Source of the DNA: Octopus sinensis
Taxonomy: Eukaryota
NCBI RefSeq assembly: GCF_006345805.1
Contig: NC_043002.1
Span: forward strand, 38,502,001-38,566,000
DNA length: 64,000 nt
Direction of reading: 5' to 3'
Both the position numbers and the translations under genes were made by a program. Each line of letters starts with the position of its first letter. Positions within the stretch are counted from its first letter, which is position 1. The notes under the pieces are model-generated. The model was not told the DNA's origin. It did no database searches and worked only from the letters and a program-made list of their open reading frames with translations. This document shows, piece by piece, positions 12,292-25,250 of the stretch.

Positions 12292-12939
12292 GGATCTTTT
12301 CCTTTTGAACGGCAGACAATTTCTAGTTAACTAAACACTTTAAAGCTTCGTATACTGGTAGAATGAGTCAAAATAAAACATTTTTTTTCTCTTGGCTTTC
12401 TTGAGAAAATTGTAATTTGTTTGTTAACGTAGTTTAATTTTTCGAATTTTAACCAATCCTATGCTCACTTTTGAGCTAAAATCATTTGCTGCGTCTAAAA
12501 CTGAGACAACATCCTCTAACTTAACCCTAAACCTCCCCTAACCCTAACCCTCACCCTAGATTATTTTTTCTTAATTGTTAAATTAATTTAATTGTTACGC
12601 ATGTAAATTTAATTGTTACGCGTAACAATTAGATGAATTTAAAAATTAAGAAAAATATAATTTAGGGTTAGTGTTAGGGGTAGGTTTAGGGTTAGTTACA
12701 AGATGTTGTCTCAGTTTTAGACGCAGCAAGTGATTTTAGTTCAATGGAGGTAATCGATTGGTTAAAATTGCCGAAATGCTCGGATTTTCAGACGAAATAT
12801 CTTACAAACCATAGAATTTTCTCAATAAAACCAAGAGAAAATGATGTTTTATAAACACATTCTACCAGTATACGAAGTTTAAAACTTTTTAGTTACCTAG
12901 AAATTATGTTACAAACTGCCGTTCAAAAAGATAAGATCC
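12292..12939. mobile_element. Long foldback MITE, same TIR family as 10370-10790, with telomere-like repeats in both arms
   Basis: Starts ggatcttttccttttgaacggcag, ends ctgccgttcaaaaagataagatcc; flanked by atatatat on both sides; ccctaa-like repeats near 12525-12560 and ttaggg-like repeats near 12662-12695. Confidence 0.85.
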
Positions 12940-13439
12940 ATATATATATATATATTATATAATATATATATATATATATATTAGTCAATTTAGGGTAGCA
13001 AAAAAATTCAATAGAAATTTATCGCTACCAGCGGCCTGGTGGAAAAGAGAAAATTGACTAATTGATAATTTTCTGAATAATTCTGAGATTGAATCGGCAG
13101 TTTATATTTACTGCTGATAAGTTTGGCGCGAATACGTCAGTCTTGAAAATTTTAAGACAGATATTCCGTAGGCATCGATACAGACGCCTCGTGTATATTT
13201 GTCTCTCCCAGGTTTTTTACTGATGAAGTGTAACCTATGGTAGATTAGCTTAATTTAATTTAATTAAGCTAATTTAATCATTAATGACACAGAAACGTGC
13301 AACGTCTAAAAGATGAATTAGGGTAAATGTTTTTAAATTTTCACCTAATTTCTGAATTACTACTACTTGGCGGTGTGAGTTATGGCTGCTCTTTCTGGTG
13401 GACGAATGACCTGTTAGGGTCACTCCTAAATTGTTATAT

Positions 13440-13471
<32 letters not shown>

Positions 13472-13472
<1 letters not shown>

Positions 13473-13586
13473 CACGTGATCACGTGACCGACCAGACCAT
13501 CAGATGTTGTTACACATCGCTGGTCACAATGTGTTTGCATTGTTTTAGCCTTCAAATGACGCCACCCCGCTGGCTAAGCGAGCAGG

Positions 13587-13590
<4 letters not shown>
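13472..13590 (-). mobile_element. SINE family B, 3' fragment
   Basis: Reverse complement of the 3' part of the copy at 30195-30486. Confidence 0.75.
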
Positions 13591-13655
<65 letters not shown>

Positions 13656-14583
13656 CAAAATATAAGTTATATCTTCAGATCGTTAGTGACAACAACGCTT
13701 AAAATATATAACAGAGTGGAATAGTAGTGTTCAAATGAGCTGTATACACTTTTTAATCTGAGGGGAGGCAATGCGAGCAGCAACTACAAGAGCACTACAA
13801 AATCCACAGAAAGATCAAACACATACATATATTCATATATTCATTTATATCTACAGAACAGACATAAAGCCCGATGTTTAGAAATATATAGTAATATATA
13901 AATATATAAACATCATATAAAAATATATTGTACGCATAAGATCCACTCGACGTTCCATAAGAAATTTAGAAATAAATATTGCAATAAAAGTTAGAGGTAA
14001 TAATAACAATTGAATTAAATATAGTAAATATAGTAAGTAGTAATTAAATATATTTTATTTTATTAAATTGGTAATTAAATCGTAATATAACAATTAAAAG
14101 AAAAAAATAGCAATTAGTATAAAATGTATCAAGGACTTGAACTCCAATATGTGGCTTTGCATAAATGGGAGAATTTAAAAGATGAAATATTTAATTGGGT
14201 GCAAAAGGGAATTAGTCCAGATGGCGCTGTGCGCATGCCATTTACTATAGCTGGTAGATTGAATTATATGCTTATAAAGTAGCATTCAGTATCTATGAGA
14301 ATTTTTGTGAGTACGTAATGTCTGGTCTTTCGCATGTAGCAGGTATGTAATTGTGCATTTGTTTCCGTGTACTATGTGTTGTGTGTAAAAACATCCTAAC
14401 GGGGGGGGGGTCAATTTTAAATATATGATATGCTTCACATTAATTGGTGCATCTCCGATGTATTTTTGTAAATTTGTATATTTATCTTCTATGTATTTTT
14501 CTCTGGAATTTTAAGTCGTCTTTTTAATATGTCATTGTATGTTTTATTACCCCAAATTTTTAATTTAACAAATTTATACCAAA

Positions 14584-14622
14584 CTAGCACTATGACCCGG
14601 CAACGCCGGGTCATAATACTAG
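14584..14622. mobile_element. Helitron-type 3' terminus (hairpin + CTAG)
   Basis: ctag-cac-TATGACCCGGC-aac-GCCGGGTCATA-ata-ctag; 11-bp perfect stem with CTAG a few bases away on both sides, so orientation is ambiguous. Confidence 0.55.
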
Positions 14623-15866
14623 TATATATATATATATGCATGTATGTGTCTATAGATGTATATATATACATATGTATGTATATTTCACCTCCAAAATAAA
14701 CTGCATGTGGTCTCTGGACATATCAAAAGTACCAGTCATATCTATCTTAAAGCACGCATTGCCTCCTAAGTAAAGGAAGGACATATTAGCTGATGCACTC
14801 ATAAATGCCCCTGACTATGACAGAATGATGATGGCGGGAAATGTCTTTCATCATATATTACTTCTTTCAGAGACGTTGGCCTCGAAATAAAGCAACAGCA
14901 ACGATAAATTCAACCCTAGCAACAATTATAACCACAGCAATATTTTAAATGAAGCAGCCAGGTGTTAGACTAAAAGTGGACAGCTCAGTGATTAGAGTAA
15001 TTAAAGTGAATTACGTGAGGTGGTAAATTAAGTTGTTAGAACATCTTTGGACTGCAGTGAATAAACTAATTGGAACGTTAGAAAAACCAGTAATCTAAGC
15101 AACTTAATGCATCGGCGTCTGTTCTCTGAAACGAAGAATATTCTATCAACAAATTGTCCAGAAGAAATCTAATTGTTTGTCATGCTTTAGATGTAGGTAT
15201 TGGCAATTGCGTTATGATAATGCACCATTATAATGAAGATAGATGGCCTTCAGATGATGAAACATAATAATGCGTTTGTAATGAAGCTTTTATTTCATAA
15301 CTCTTTTGTTTTGACTTGTTACGTCTTTTCGGTTTTTCTATAAAAATAGAAAATTCTGTCTGTAGAAATACTAAGTGTAATTTATGTATTTCTAAAATAG
15401 TTCTGGAAGATGTACAGAGAAGAATTTAATATTCTGTTTTTGCTATACATATAAGTAAAATAAAATTTAACATTCGGAAATCTTACAATTTTCAATAAAG
15501 TCGTTCGTATAATATTATTACTTTTACATATTTTCTCTGTCAATATTAAATCTCAAAACTGCATAGGAGTCAAAAATATAGCAACAATGTGTTTGCTTGA
15601 ACTGGTAGAAATAGTAGTCATATTTTGCCTCAACTCTAACACTGCACCGTAACTTTTTTAAAACAAGAAAGAAAAACTGGAAAACAGTTCGAGGAATATC
15701 ATATTCGAAGGAAAATTATCATGCTTCATCTAACAGCAGGAGAGTCCATGATGTATCTATACGTACATGTATATCTATTTCTCAAAATGTATAGCTTATA
15801 ATTGAAAGAAAAAAATATACTCAATATGTAATATAGACAATATTCACTGTATATGTATATGTACAT

Positions 15867-16958
15867 GTGGGTGGTGGCATCCTCTTCGCAGTCATGCTGA
15901 AACATGAGGATGTTTACCTCCACACCAGATCAAGCTGAAAATTATTTGGTCTGTCGAGGTTGAAAGCAAAAGCCAAGGTGTGACAGGTACTCGTCAGAAA
16001 AATGCTGTTTGCAGACAATGCAGTACTGGCGGCGCACTCTGAAGAGCACAAACGTTCAAAGTACTGTTACAAATTCAGCCTGTCTGCTAGTCTGCAGAAG
16101 ACCAAAGGAAGGGGATCAAAGTTTGAAACAAGCCTCCACCATCACCATCAACGACTATAAGCTGGAGGTCGTCCATCAATTCACATGTCTCGGCTCTACC
16201 ATTGCTGATGACCTCTCCCTGGACCCTGAGGTTAACAAGTGAATCGGACAAGCATCCTCCACATCTACCAGGCTCACAAAGAGAGTCTGGGAAAACAAAA
16301 CAAAACACTGGCTGCAAACACCAAAATTGCAGTCTATAATCGAGCGTCTTTAGTACATTACTTTATAGCAGTGAGACGTGGAGCCTCTAATCTAGACAGA
16401 AGCGGTGTCTCAACGTCTTTTACTTTCATAATTTCAGACTCATCTTAGACTTCAAGTGGACCGACCACATCTCCAACTCCGAAGTCCTCAACCGAGCTAA
16501 GAGACCCAGCATACACATCTTGCTCCAGCAGTGACGTTTGCGCCGGCTCGGTCATGTTCATTGCATATCAAACGGAAGGATCCCAAAAGAACTCTTGTAT
16601 GGAGTATTGGCCACCGACCCAAGAGCACGAGGATGACCTCATACTCGATTTAAAGACGTCTGAAAGAGGGACTTGGATACACTTGATCTGAACGTCCTCA
16701 GATGGATCTCCCACACTAGAGGCAAATGCTGCGAAAGGGAATGAAGAGAGCGGAATAAAAACAGGAACTCGCCATCAAAGAAAAGCGCATTCGACAGAAG
16801 GGAAAATCGGTAGCTCCGGCAAAGAGCTCCTTCAAATGCAGTCGCTGTATGTATGACTGCTACTCACGTGTCGGCCTGTAGAGTCACAACAGAAGCTGAC
16901 ATGATTTCTTTGGGCGCAGATCCTTGGCCACCCGAGACCGAGGGATGCGTACTATATT
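15867..16958 (+). mobile_element. RTE-clade LINE, 5'-truncated degenerate 3' portion
   Basis: LFGLSRLKAKAKV..MLFADNAVLAAHSEE; ITINDYKLEVVHQFTCLGSTI; RLGHV...GRIPKELLYG; ends in a short tact/att tail. Confidence 0.85.
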
Positions 16959-17682
16959 ATATAGATTACCTATTAATAACAACAGTATTAACAGCCACTT
17001 CGAAGTTTCGGACAGCTAAGCAACCATTGGAATATCCGACTATGGCTTAGCTGGCTCAAACTTTGAAGCCACACTCGATACTATTCTCAAAGAATAATAA
17101 ATTTGTACTCTACGAAATGTAATCCATCAATTTAATGTAAAGCTGTTTTTATTATAACATATATATATATATATATATTAGAAAAATTGAGGTAATCAGA
17201 TCAGATGGTTCATATTTGTAGATATTTATTTATATATTACATTTTTTACATATATATCATATCATATCATTCGGATTTCGGATTAGCGCTTGCTCCCATT
17301 CTAGTGGGCTTTTCAAATCAAATCAGTTGTGGGAAGTTTGAACATTTTATAGTTTTGTAGTAGTGGGTGAGGAGGAAGTGAGACAGAGAAAAAATGTGTG
17401 TATGTGTGTGTGTGTGTGTGTATGTGTGTGTGTGTGCGTGTGTGTGTGTGTGTGTGTGTGCGCGTTTATATCTGAGAGTGAAGAAGTGTTATTTCCGTTG
17501 GTCTGCTGGACCGCCTGTGGTTTTATAAGAACTTTGGCCGTCCATTTCGATGTCACTGAGTGTGTGTTGTGCGTAGGTTGGCCTGGCAAATGTCATTTGG
17601 GGTCACACTTTCTATGATCATTGTGTGGAGGTGTGTGTGTGTGTGTGTGTGTCTCTGTGTGTCCGTGTGTGTTTTTGTGTGC

Positions 17683-17721
<39 letters not shown>

Positions 17722-17759
17722 TGTGTGTTTGGAGAAGGGGAGAGAGACAAAAAGAGAAA

Positions 17760-17938
17760 AGGGAAAATAAAAATAATAATAATAAAAAAATTAAAAATAT
17801 AGAAATATAAAAATAAAAAATAAAAAATAAAAAAATAAAATAAAGAAATAAAAAATAAAAAATATAAAGCATAAATAAAAATATAAAAAATAAAAAATAA
17901 AAAATAAAAAAATAAAAATAAAAATAAAAATAAAAATA
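17760..17938. repeat. Degenerate (AAAAAT)n array next to (GT)n arrays
   Basis: Directly visible. Confidence 0.9.
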
Positions 17939-18240
17939 AGGGAGGAAGTGGAGAAGAAAAAATATTTTTGTGTGTTGATATTTATACCAACACATATATA
18001 TACACACACACAGACTTATACATAAAATATTTGAAAAAACCTTTTTATCGGTTCAAAATGAACAACCAAATTATACCATCTTGAAAATTGTATATCATAG
18101 GAAAGTTAAAATTAAAGTGACAATTAAAAGGTAAATATGGAAGTGAATTATAAAGATATAATATAATATGATGTATATAACAGGCAATACACACATCTAC
18201 ACACACACAGATTTGTCCTTCATGTATGTTGAGTAAAGTT

Positions 18241-18507
18241 TCAGCCATTTAATTTGGGGGAGAACTTAGCTATGAAATGTTCTTCCATATTCCTCCTGAA
18301 GGGGGTGTCGTTCTTCGGACACTTGTAGAAGGGAAATATCTTAAATTTTCCTTCTCCACATGTAGCTAGGTGTGTGCTTAGTGGTATTTTGCGTAGTTCT
18401 TCCTGCCGAATATGTTGTCGGTGGATCCTGGCTCGCTGGCACAGAGAATTACCAGTTTCACCTACGTAATTCTCCTTGCACGTGGGGCAGGTTATGCAGT
18501 ATATGAC
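18241..18507 (-). mobile_element. PLE GIY-YIG endonuclease C-terminal fragment (5'-truncated at a TA repeat)
   Basis: VIYCITCPTCKENYVGETGNSLCQRARIHRQHI...EEHFIAKFSPKLNG*; open frame abuts (TA)n at 18508. Confidence 0.85.
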
Positions 18508-18842
18508 ATATATATATATATATATATGATACAAAATGGGACAAGAACGCAAAACATCCAGACAATATGGTACCCTTATTTAAACAGAATTTGGAAATTT
18601 GTGGCCTTCGAAACATGTGTAGAATGTAATAAAAGGTATTCTGTACAATCTTCGTTCAACTCCATTTATTCCATTCACTAATAATATTAAACTACAATTA
18701 TCCACTCCAACGCACGGTTGCAACACCAAATGGTCTTATCTCCAACCGTGCTGTTTTCCGCTGTGATTTTTGCTACCCAGGTATCGGTTAAACCTTTGAA
18801 TAATCTGTTACAAGAAAATTCATCTTTCTATTTCAACAAATA

Positions 18843-18882
<40 letters not shown>

Positions 18883-19241
18883 ACTGTGCTATGATAGAAT
18901 TGTTTTGAAAAGTATTGCATCTCGTGAGAGATAAATATTATTTAGTTAAAGTTCACAATACATGTATTAAAGCGCAACTGATAGTTTCGTAATGTTGACA
19001 AAACTCAAGCATATTTTTCAAGATCAAACCACATATCATAACGAACTAAAACAGATTGAGCCTGAGTTTTTTATACTTTTATTTTTCAAAATTAAGATAA
19101 AGAATTTCTTTTTTATAAAATATAGTCTCCTTTATTTTCTCGTCTACAGAATACAGTTCTATATTTAAGAGATGAAGAATTATGTACATTGTTTATATTA
19201 TTTAAATTTGACGGATATTTGTCCTCGTCTTGTTTGTTGTT

Positions 19242-19288
19242 AACACAACCTTTCGGCTGATATACACTCCAGCCTTCATCAGGTGTTC
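19242..19288 (-). ncRNA. Minimal type I hammerhead ribozyme motif (one core mutation)
   Basis: aacac-CTGATGA-A-GGCTG gagtgtatat CAGCC-GAAA-g-GTT-gtgtt; stem I aacac/gtgtt and stem II are perfect. Confidence 0.65.
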
Positions 19289-19354
19289 ATCATGTTATTT
19301 ACGTTATGAGACGTCCTCTACCAATATATGCATATATATGTATGCATGTCTGTA

Positions 19355-19399
<45 letters not shown>

Positions 19400-19401
<2 letters not shown>

Positions 19402-19737
19402 TGAGACACCTTTCGGTCATGACTAACCATGGGATTGCACCTAGAAAGTTACCCTCCCAGATACAAGTCCGGGCAAGTTTGTTTATGGAAGACCACCAGT
19501 CGCCTCTGCATCCCGGCCTCCCCTTTCCACGCCCCCAGTGTTAGCCAAGGGAATGGCAAAGGCTGATACGGGGTGGCACCTGTGACGTCGCAACTCATTT
19601 CTACAGCTGTGTGAACTGGAGCAACGTTAAATAAAGTGTCTTGCTCAAGAACACAACACTATATGCATCCCGGTCCGGGATTCGAACTCATAACCTCACG
19701 ATCGTAAGCTTGACGCTCTAACCACTGAGCCATGCGC

Positions 19738-19738
<1 letters not shown>
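19400..19738 (-). mobile_element. tRNA-derived SINE family D
   Basis: Minus strand starts ggcgcatggctcagtggttagagcg (A box) ... gagttcgaatccc (B box), followed by a core and tail. Confidence 0.75.
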
Positions 19739-19789
<51 letters not shown>

Positions 19790-20230
19790 GTAATTGTATC
19801 TGTGTGTGTATCTGTGTGTCTGTGTTTATACCCCCAGCACGGCTTTTCAAGCGCTGTTTTTATGTCCCCGTAAAACTAGCGGTTCGGCAAAAAGAGTGCA
19901 AAGGACAGATACCAAACCTTTAGAAATAAGTATTAGGTCGATTCATTCGACTAACATTTTAAGGTTCGTAACCCCAGTATTGGTGCAGTCTAATGACTAA
20001 AACAAGTAAAATAAAAAGTAAATATACATATATATATAAATGTACCATTTATTTACTTTTATATGTATAATTTTACCCTTACGGACTATCTTTTACTGGA
20101 AAGCAATACTTTCGTATTGCATTATTATTTTCATTGAAACTTCTTCACTGTTATCGTTCTGTTAACGTTTTGGCGTTCAGACGAGTGTACTGGCATAGAT
20201 GTGGCAACATATGAAATTTTGTCCAGGTAT

Positions 20231-20300
20231 ATGCAGCTGATGAAGACAAATCCAATCTACCTTGTCAAACGTATTTGAAGAGTCTGAAACCGGTACTGCA
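20231..20300 (+). ncRNA. Type I hammerhead ribozyme with canonical core and long loop II
   Basis: atgcag-CTGATGA-agac[34 nt]gtct-GAAA-ccg-GTA-ctgcat; 6-bp perfect stem I and palindromic accggt stem III. Confidence 0.7.
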
Positions 20301-20499
20301 TTATCCGATTCTAGGTTTTCTATTTTTCAGATGTTCTTCTTAGAGGTAAGAAAATTTTTTTTCATGTTTGTTGCACACACGCGTGTTTGCTAGTATATAC
20401 GCAGTGAAGCTATACAATAGCGTTGTATTTATTACGATTGCTATTTTCCAGTAAATATCGGTGCCTCGTTGTACCATTTATTTACTTTTATATGTATAT

Positions 20500-20536
<37 letters not shown>

Positions 20537-20589
20537 TTACTTGTATATGAATGTACATATCCATCAATATATTCATACATACATACGTA

Positions 20590-20815
20590 CAAGATATAAG
20601 AAATAAAAACCCACAGTATGGTAGAAGCCATACCCACTCATAATATAAAGGTGTACTGGTGGAATGTCCCAGTGAAAACTTCAATAAAATGTAAGCACAA
20701 CAGACCTATTATAATAATTTGAGATAGAGAAGAGAAGCAGTATACACTTGTGGAAATTAGCTGCCCCGCAGATGTTAACATAAAGCTGAAGATCAGTGAA
20801 AAAGAGAATAACTGA
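20590..20815 (+). mobile_element. R4/Dong-type non-LTR retrotransposon, restriction-like endonuclease fragment
   Basis: YWWNVPVKTSIKCKHNRP(D)II..DREEKQYTLVEISCPADVNIKLKISEKENN resembles the PD-(D/E)XK RLE domain of R4-group elements. Confidence 0.65.
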
Positions 20816-21329
20816 GGGCCAGGGTAATTTTATTGCATTAGGCAACAGAACTGTGAATTCATCTCTGCGCACCCGAGTTTTAGTGTTAAGTCATCAATAG
20901 CAAGTATATGAAATTAAATTATGCCTTTAGCTAAGACGGATATAGGGCTGAGAATACGCTGAAATTTCTTGACACGAAAAGGAAATATTATATCCAAAAA
21001 CAGGAGAAGATTGTGTGACGTGTACTTAGAACGATACAAGGGAAATTTAGTCGATGTTAGACCTTGACAGAGGTCGAAGTTCTCCAAAGCGTCCCAATAA
21101 TAAAAATGAATGGACAGGCAAAAGAATTAAATACAATTATGGGAAGATGTAAAAGGCGTTGTGAGAAGATTACAATTGAACCGAAATAGACTGGAGGGAG
21201 AAAATATATCTGCTTAAGTGTGATCATTATTAGTTTTGTTTCTTCTTTGTAATATAAACTAGATCCTACACGTTTTTCATGGAAGAAAACTAAATAATTC
21301 CTCAATTATAACGGATATTCAGAAACATA

Positions 21330-23250
21330 CACACACACTCATATTGCACTGCACCGAAATTAATATTTCTACGTAATTAATCCTAAGCCCATTCAGTACA
21401 CTTGTTCACTTATCTATGGATCTTTTTGGCATTCACTCCTCACATTTGATACCTGCATCTGTGAAACTGTAACACTAATACATTTAACCGTAGTGTATTT
21501 CCACAATTTAAAAGGATCTCAGAAAAACCTTTTGTTTTTGACTGCAATAAATTATGAGCCCATTAAGAAGATACAGTTTTTCATAACATCTTTAATAGCA
21601 GATTATTGTCTTGAATAACAGAGGCGTATTATTTATCTATTGTATACTAATATATATTTTTACCAATAGCTGCGATAATGAACAAATTTGAAACTTGTCT
21701 TCAACGAAGGTTTCCTCTCACTGCACAGGCGTTCTACGTTTTAGTTACACAAGTATGAATATAAGAATGATGGTTTATATATAATAGAGATTGTTGAAAT
21801 ATTCATTCATTCAACATCATTTATCAAATCCGTGAACGATGAATGTCTCCATTATGCAACTCTTTGATAACTAAATTTAAATAAGTATCAATGTGCACTT
21901 TGCACATTCTTAATGTTCAATTTCATTGAAGACAAAGAAGCTCTCGACAAACAAAAATTGCCTACAAAGTTATAAATGCCAAATAACATCCTCATCAATT
22001 TCAGTGCGTTGACACTTTAGAAAAGAAAATAGATATAGAATGGAATACATACTGGTAAAGCTGTGAGTGAACAAAAGAGAGCTGTCGAAATTCTTCCTTT
22101 CGCCATTTCAATATTTGAAGGTGTTGTCATGTTACCGTTGACAAATATCGAAGATCCATTGCTCAGAATTAGAAAGGGTTATCCAAAAAACAACATTTTA
22201 AAAAGCATTTATCCATTCTTAGTACAGTTTGATAGGTCCGAACGTGTATATCTGATCGCTGTTGGTCTTCGCCACTTAAGAACACCTTATTCATTTAGGT
22301 GATGTGCCATCATAACAGGTACCTCACCGGTTCTACAGTGTAAGACTATTTCAAACCAACGCGGTGTTTAAATTTCGTTGTAAATAAACATCGCCTCAAA
22401 GGAGGGGAGTATCTCGGGCAGCAAAAAAAGACTGTAATCAAATATTCATGTTTCAATCTCGGAGAACTTATTTAGAACGAATAGATACGTTATTGGTTGC
22501 ATTCTCAATGTTCTACTTGCACTCTATAAATTATTCCGTGTGGAAAGCATCTCCATACAGCAAGAAAAAAATTGCCGATTCCTGTTAACAAGAGTTTGTT
22601 CGCTTGTGAGATTCTAAAGTCTGGCCATGGGATAGCTTCTCTTCCCCTGTGGGGACACACAACGAAGTCGAAACCCTACTGTCTCTTGAAGTCCATTAGT
22701 ACAAGTGCATCGATGAAGCACGGGTGTTTTGAACAATCATCACCTGAACGAAAGAGATGCTCCCTGGCGGTGAAAACAAAGGGAATCAGACATTCATGTT
22801 GGAAACTGCTAGAACGTATCAAGAATGACTAAATACGTTATCGGTAGCACTTTCCTTACACTTCATCATAAAAATAACATTCTAGAACTAATCCAAAAGC
22901 AATGACAAATTATGCCATTAAAATTAAATCCTTTTTATCTTCAGAAGGAGATGCATCTCATGGAATCTCAAAAATCCTTCTCATTTATGAAGGGTGAGAA
23001 TAATATAACACTTCAAACGTTTATTAAGCTCCTAATAGTTACCACGTTTTAATAGTATTGATTATGAAAGTATTACTACTTTCGGCAGGATACATTGAAG
23101 AGACAAGTTACCAATTAATACGTGATGCATGTTATAATTAAAAGTTAAGAGTGATCGTCCAGAACAAGATTTTACCTCCCCTATTATAATTGTAACCTTA
23201 ATGGTACGAAAATATTTCTCAGAATACATCGTAGGATGGTACTTCACTGT
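21330..23250 (-). pseudogene. Possible very degenerate Helitron Rep/helicase remnant
   Basis: Weak frameshifted matches in the expected order: EKYF...G.KS (about 23200), FIDA (about 22720), TGI..L..G..FH (22530-22590), WIFDI.NGN (about 22135-22165), LNGLRI (about 21390). Confidence 0.35.
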
Positions 23251-24213
23251 TGATCGTGTTTCAAATTAGAAAAGGAAAGTGGCTGACTATTTTATTTCTG
23301 AGTTTAAGTCATGCAATTCTATTAAATGTCATAATTATTTGGATGCACTTCACTCTCTACTTGAACAATAATGTTACTTTCCACTGTGGAAATATTATAA
23401 AGGTTAAATATCTTATTTCTTGCTTCACTGAACTTTTCTTTAAGCTCTATTTTTATCTTAGGCATAATTATATGGCATCCCTCAATCAGAATGGGAAATT
23501 ACCATAGTAACAGAGATAGCACAAAACAAAAAAGTTCGATCCCGCGCAGTTTCTGCTTCACTGATTTATTTAAGAAATTACTTATTTTCTCTATTTATTA
23601 TGAACTTCAAATTTTGCAAAATTCTAATCATTTGGGTTCGACACCATTCAATATCAATTCAAGGCAGTGAATTGACGGAAATATTAGACTATTAAAGAGG
23701 ATTCGTTACGGTGCTTGTTCCGAATCATTGCATTCTGAATTCCTGTGAGGTAGATACGTAACCTCACTTTAACACAACTATCTTACCGTTAATAGCCTTG
23801 AAAACACATCGGTCTGTTGCAACTACTAGGGCTGAAGATTCGATTGAAGAGAACATTCATCCTTTTATCAAACCAATTTGCAGGACCATGAAGAAATAAA
23901 GCATCGTGAGCTCACTATCCTTTCTTTTGCTTAAAAACACGACGAGCCGCTCAGTCAGGGAATCGAACCTGTGGTCTAGCAATCATGAATACGACTGCTT
24001 AATCATGAGCAATCATGAGTACCTTTACACACACATATATATAAGCGTATATGTGTATCTGTGTGGGTGTGACTGTGTGTGTTTGTCTGTGTGTACCAGT
24101 GATTGTGTGCAACTAAAGTTTGATTTAAAACATCGTAACGATAATGATATGATAATAATAAACAATAATGATATAAATATATTTCTTTACTCCAATAATG
24201 ATATAAATAGTCC

Positions 24214-25250
24214 TTTCTACTGGAGGCACAAGGCCCCACATTTGTGGGAATGAGATTAGTCGATTGCATCGACCCCAGTTTTCCACTTGTACTTAATTTA
24301 TCGATTCTGAAAAATTGAAAAGTAAAGCCGACCTCGGTGAAATTTGAACTCAGTACTTAGCGTCGGGCGAAATGCCGCTAAGCATTTCGTCCAGCATGTT
24401 AACGATTCTGCCAACTCGCCGCCTTTATAATGACCCTTTCTACTATAGGCACAAGGCCTGAAATTTTGGGGTAAGAGGCCAGTCGATTAGATCGACCCCA
24501 GTACGCAACTGGAACTTAAATTATCGACCCCGAAAGGATGAAGAGCAAAGTCGACGTCTGCGGAATTTGAACTCAGAAAGTAGCGACGAGGGAAATATCG
24601 CCAGCTCGCCACCTTATAATAATGCTATAATACTGCTAGCATTAATAGCATTATTATAGACATAATCAAGACGACTAGCTGGTAGAATCGTTGGCACGCC
24701 GGGCAAAATTATTAGCGGTATTTCGTCTGCCGCTACGTTCTGAGTTCAAATTCCGCCGAGGTCGACTTTGCCTTTCAACCTTTCGGGGTCGATAAATTAA
24801 GTACCAGTTACGCACTGGGGTCGATGTAATCGACTTAATCCGTTTGTCTGTTCTTGTTTAGCCACTTGTGGGTAGTAAAGAAATAGGTATTTCGTTGGTT
24901 TTTACATTCTGAGTTCAAATTCCGCCGAGGTCGACTTTGCTTTTCATTCTTTTCTGGGTCGATATATTAAGTACCAGTTGCGTACTGGGGTCGATCTAAT
25001 TGACTGGCACCCTTCCCAGAAATTTCGGGCCTTGTGCCTAACGTAGAAAAGAACGTTTAAGGAAGCCGGATGAAATGCAGAGTAGCACTTCGTCAGTCTG
25101 CACGTTCTGAGTTCAAATTCCTCCGGGATCGACTATTCCTTTCATCCTTTCGGGGTCGATAAATTAAGTACTAGTTGTGTACTGAGGTCGATGTGATCGA
25201 CTTACCCTCCCCATTAAATCCAGGCCTTGTGCCTTTAGTTGAAAGGATTA
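24214..25250. mobile_element. Cluster of five SINE family C copies (two minus, three plus)
   Basis: Repeated ggcagaatcgttagc...ttctgagttcaaattccgccgaggtcgactttgcctttcatcctttcggggtcgataaattaagtaccagt; about 24214-24424(-), 24438-24612(-), 24674-24840(+), 24885-25050(+), 25065-25250(+). Confidence 0.85.

Noticed and set aside
19660-19738. tRNA-like heads as genuine tRNA genes (also 30195, 34104, 47815)
   Set aside because: They run directly into SINE cores and lack a complete cloverleaf or acceptor stem.
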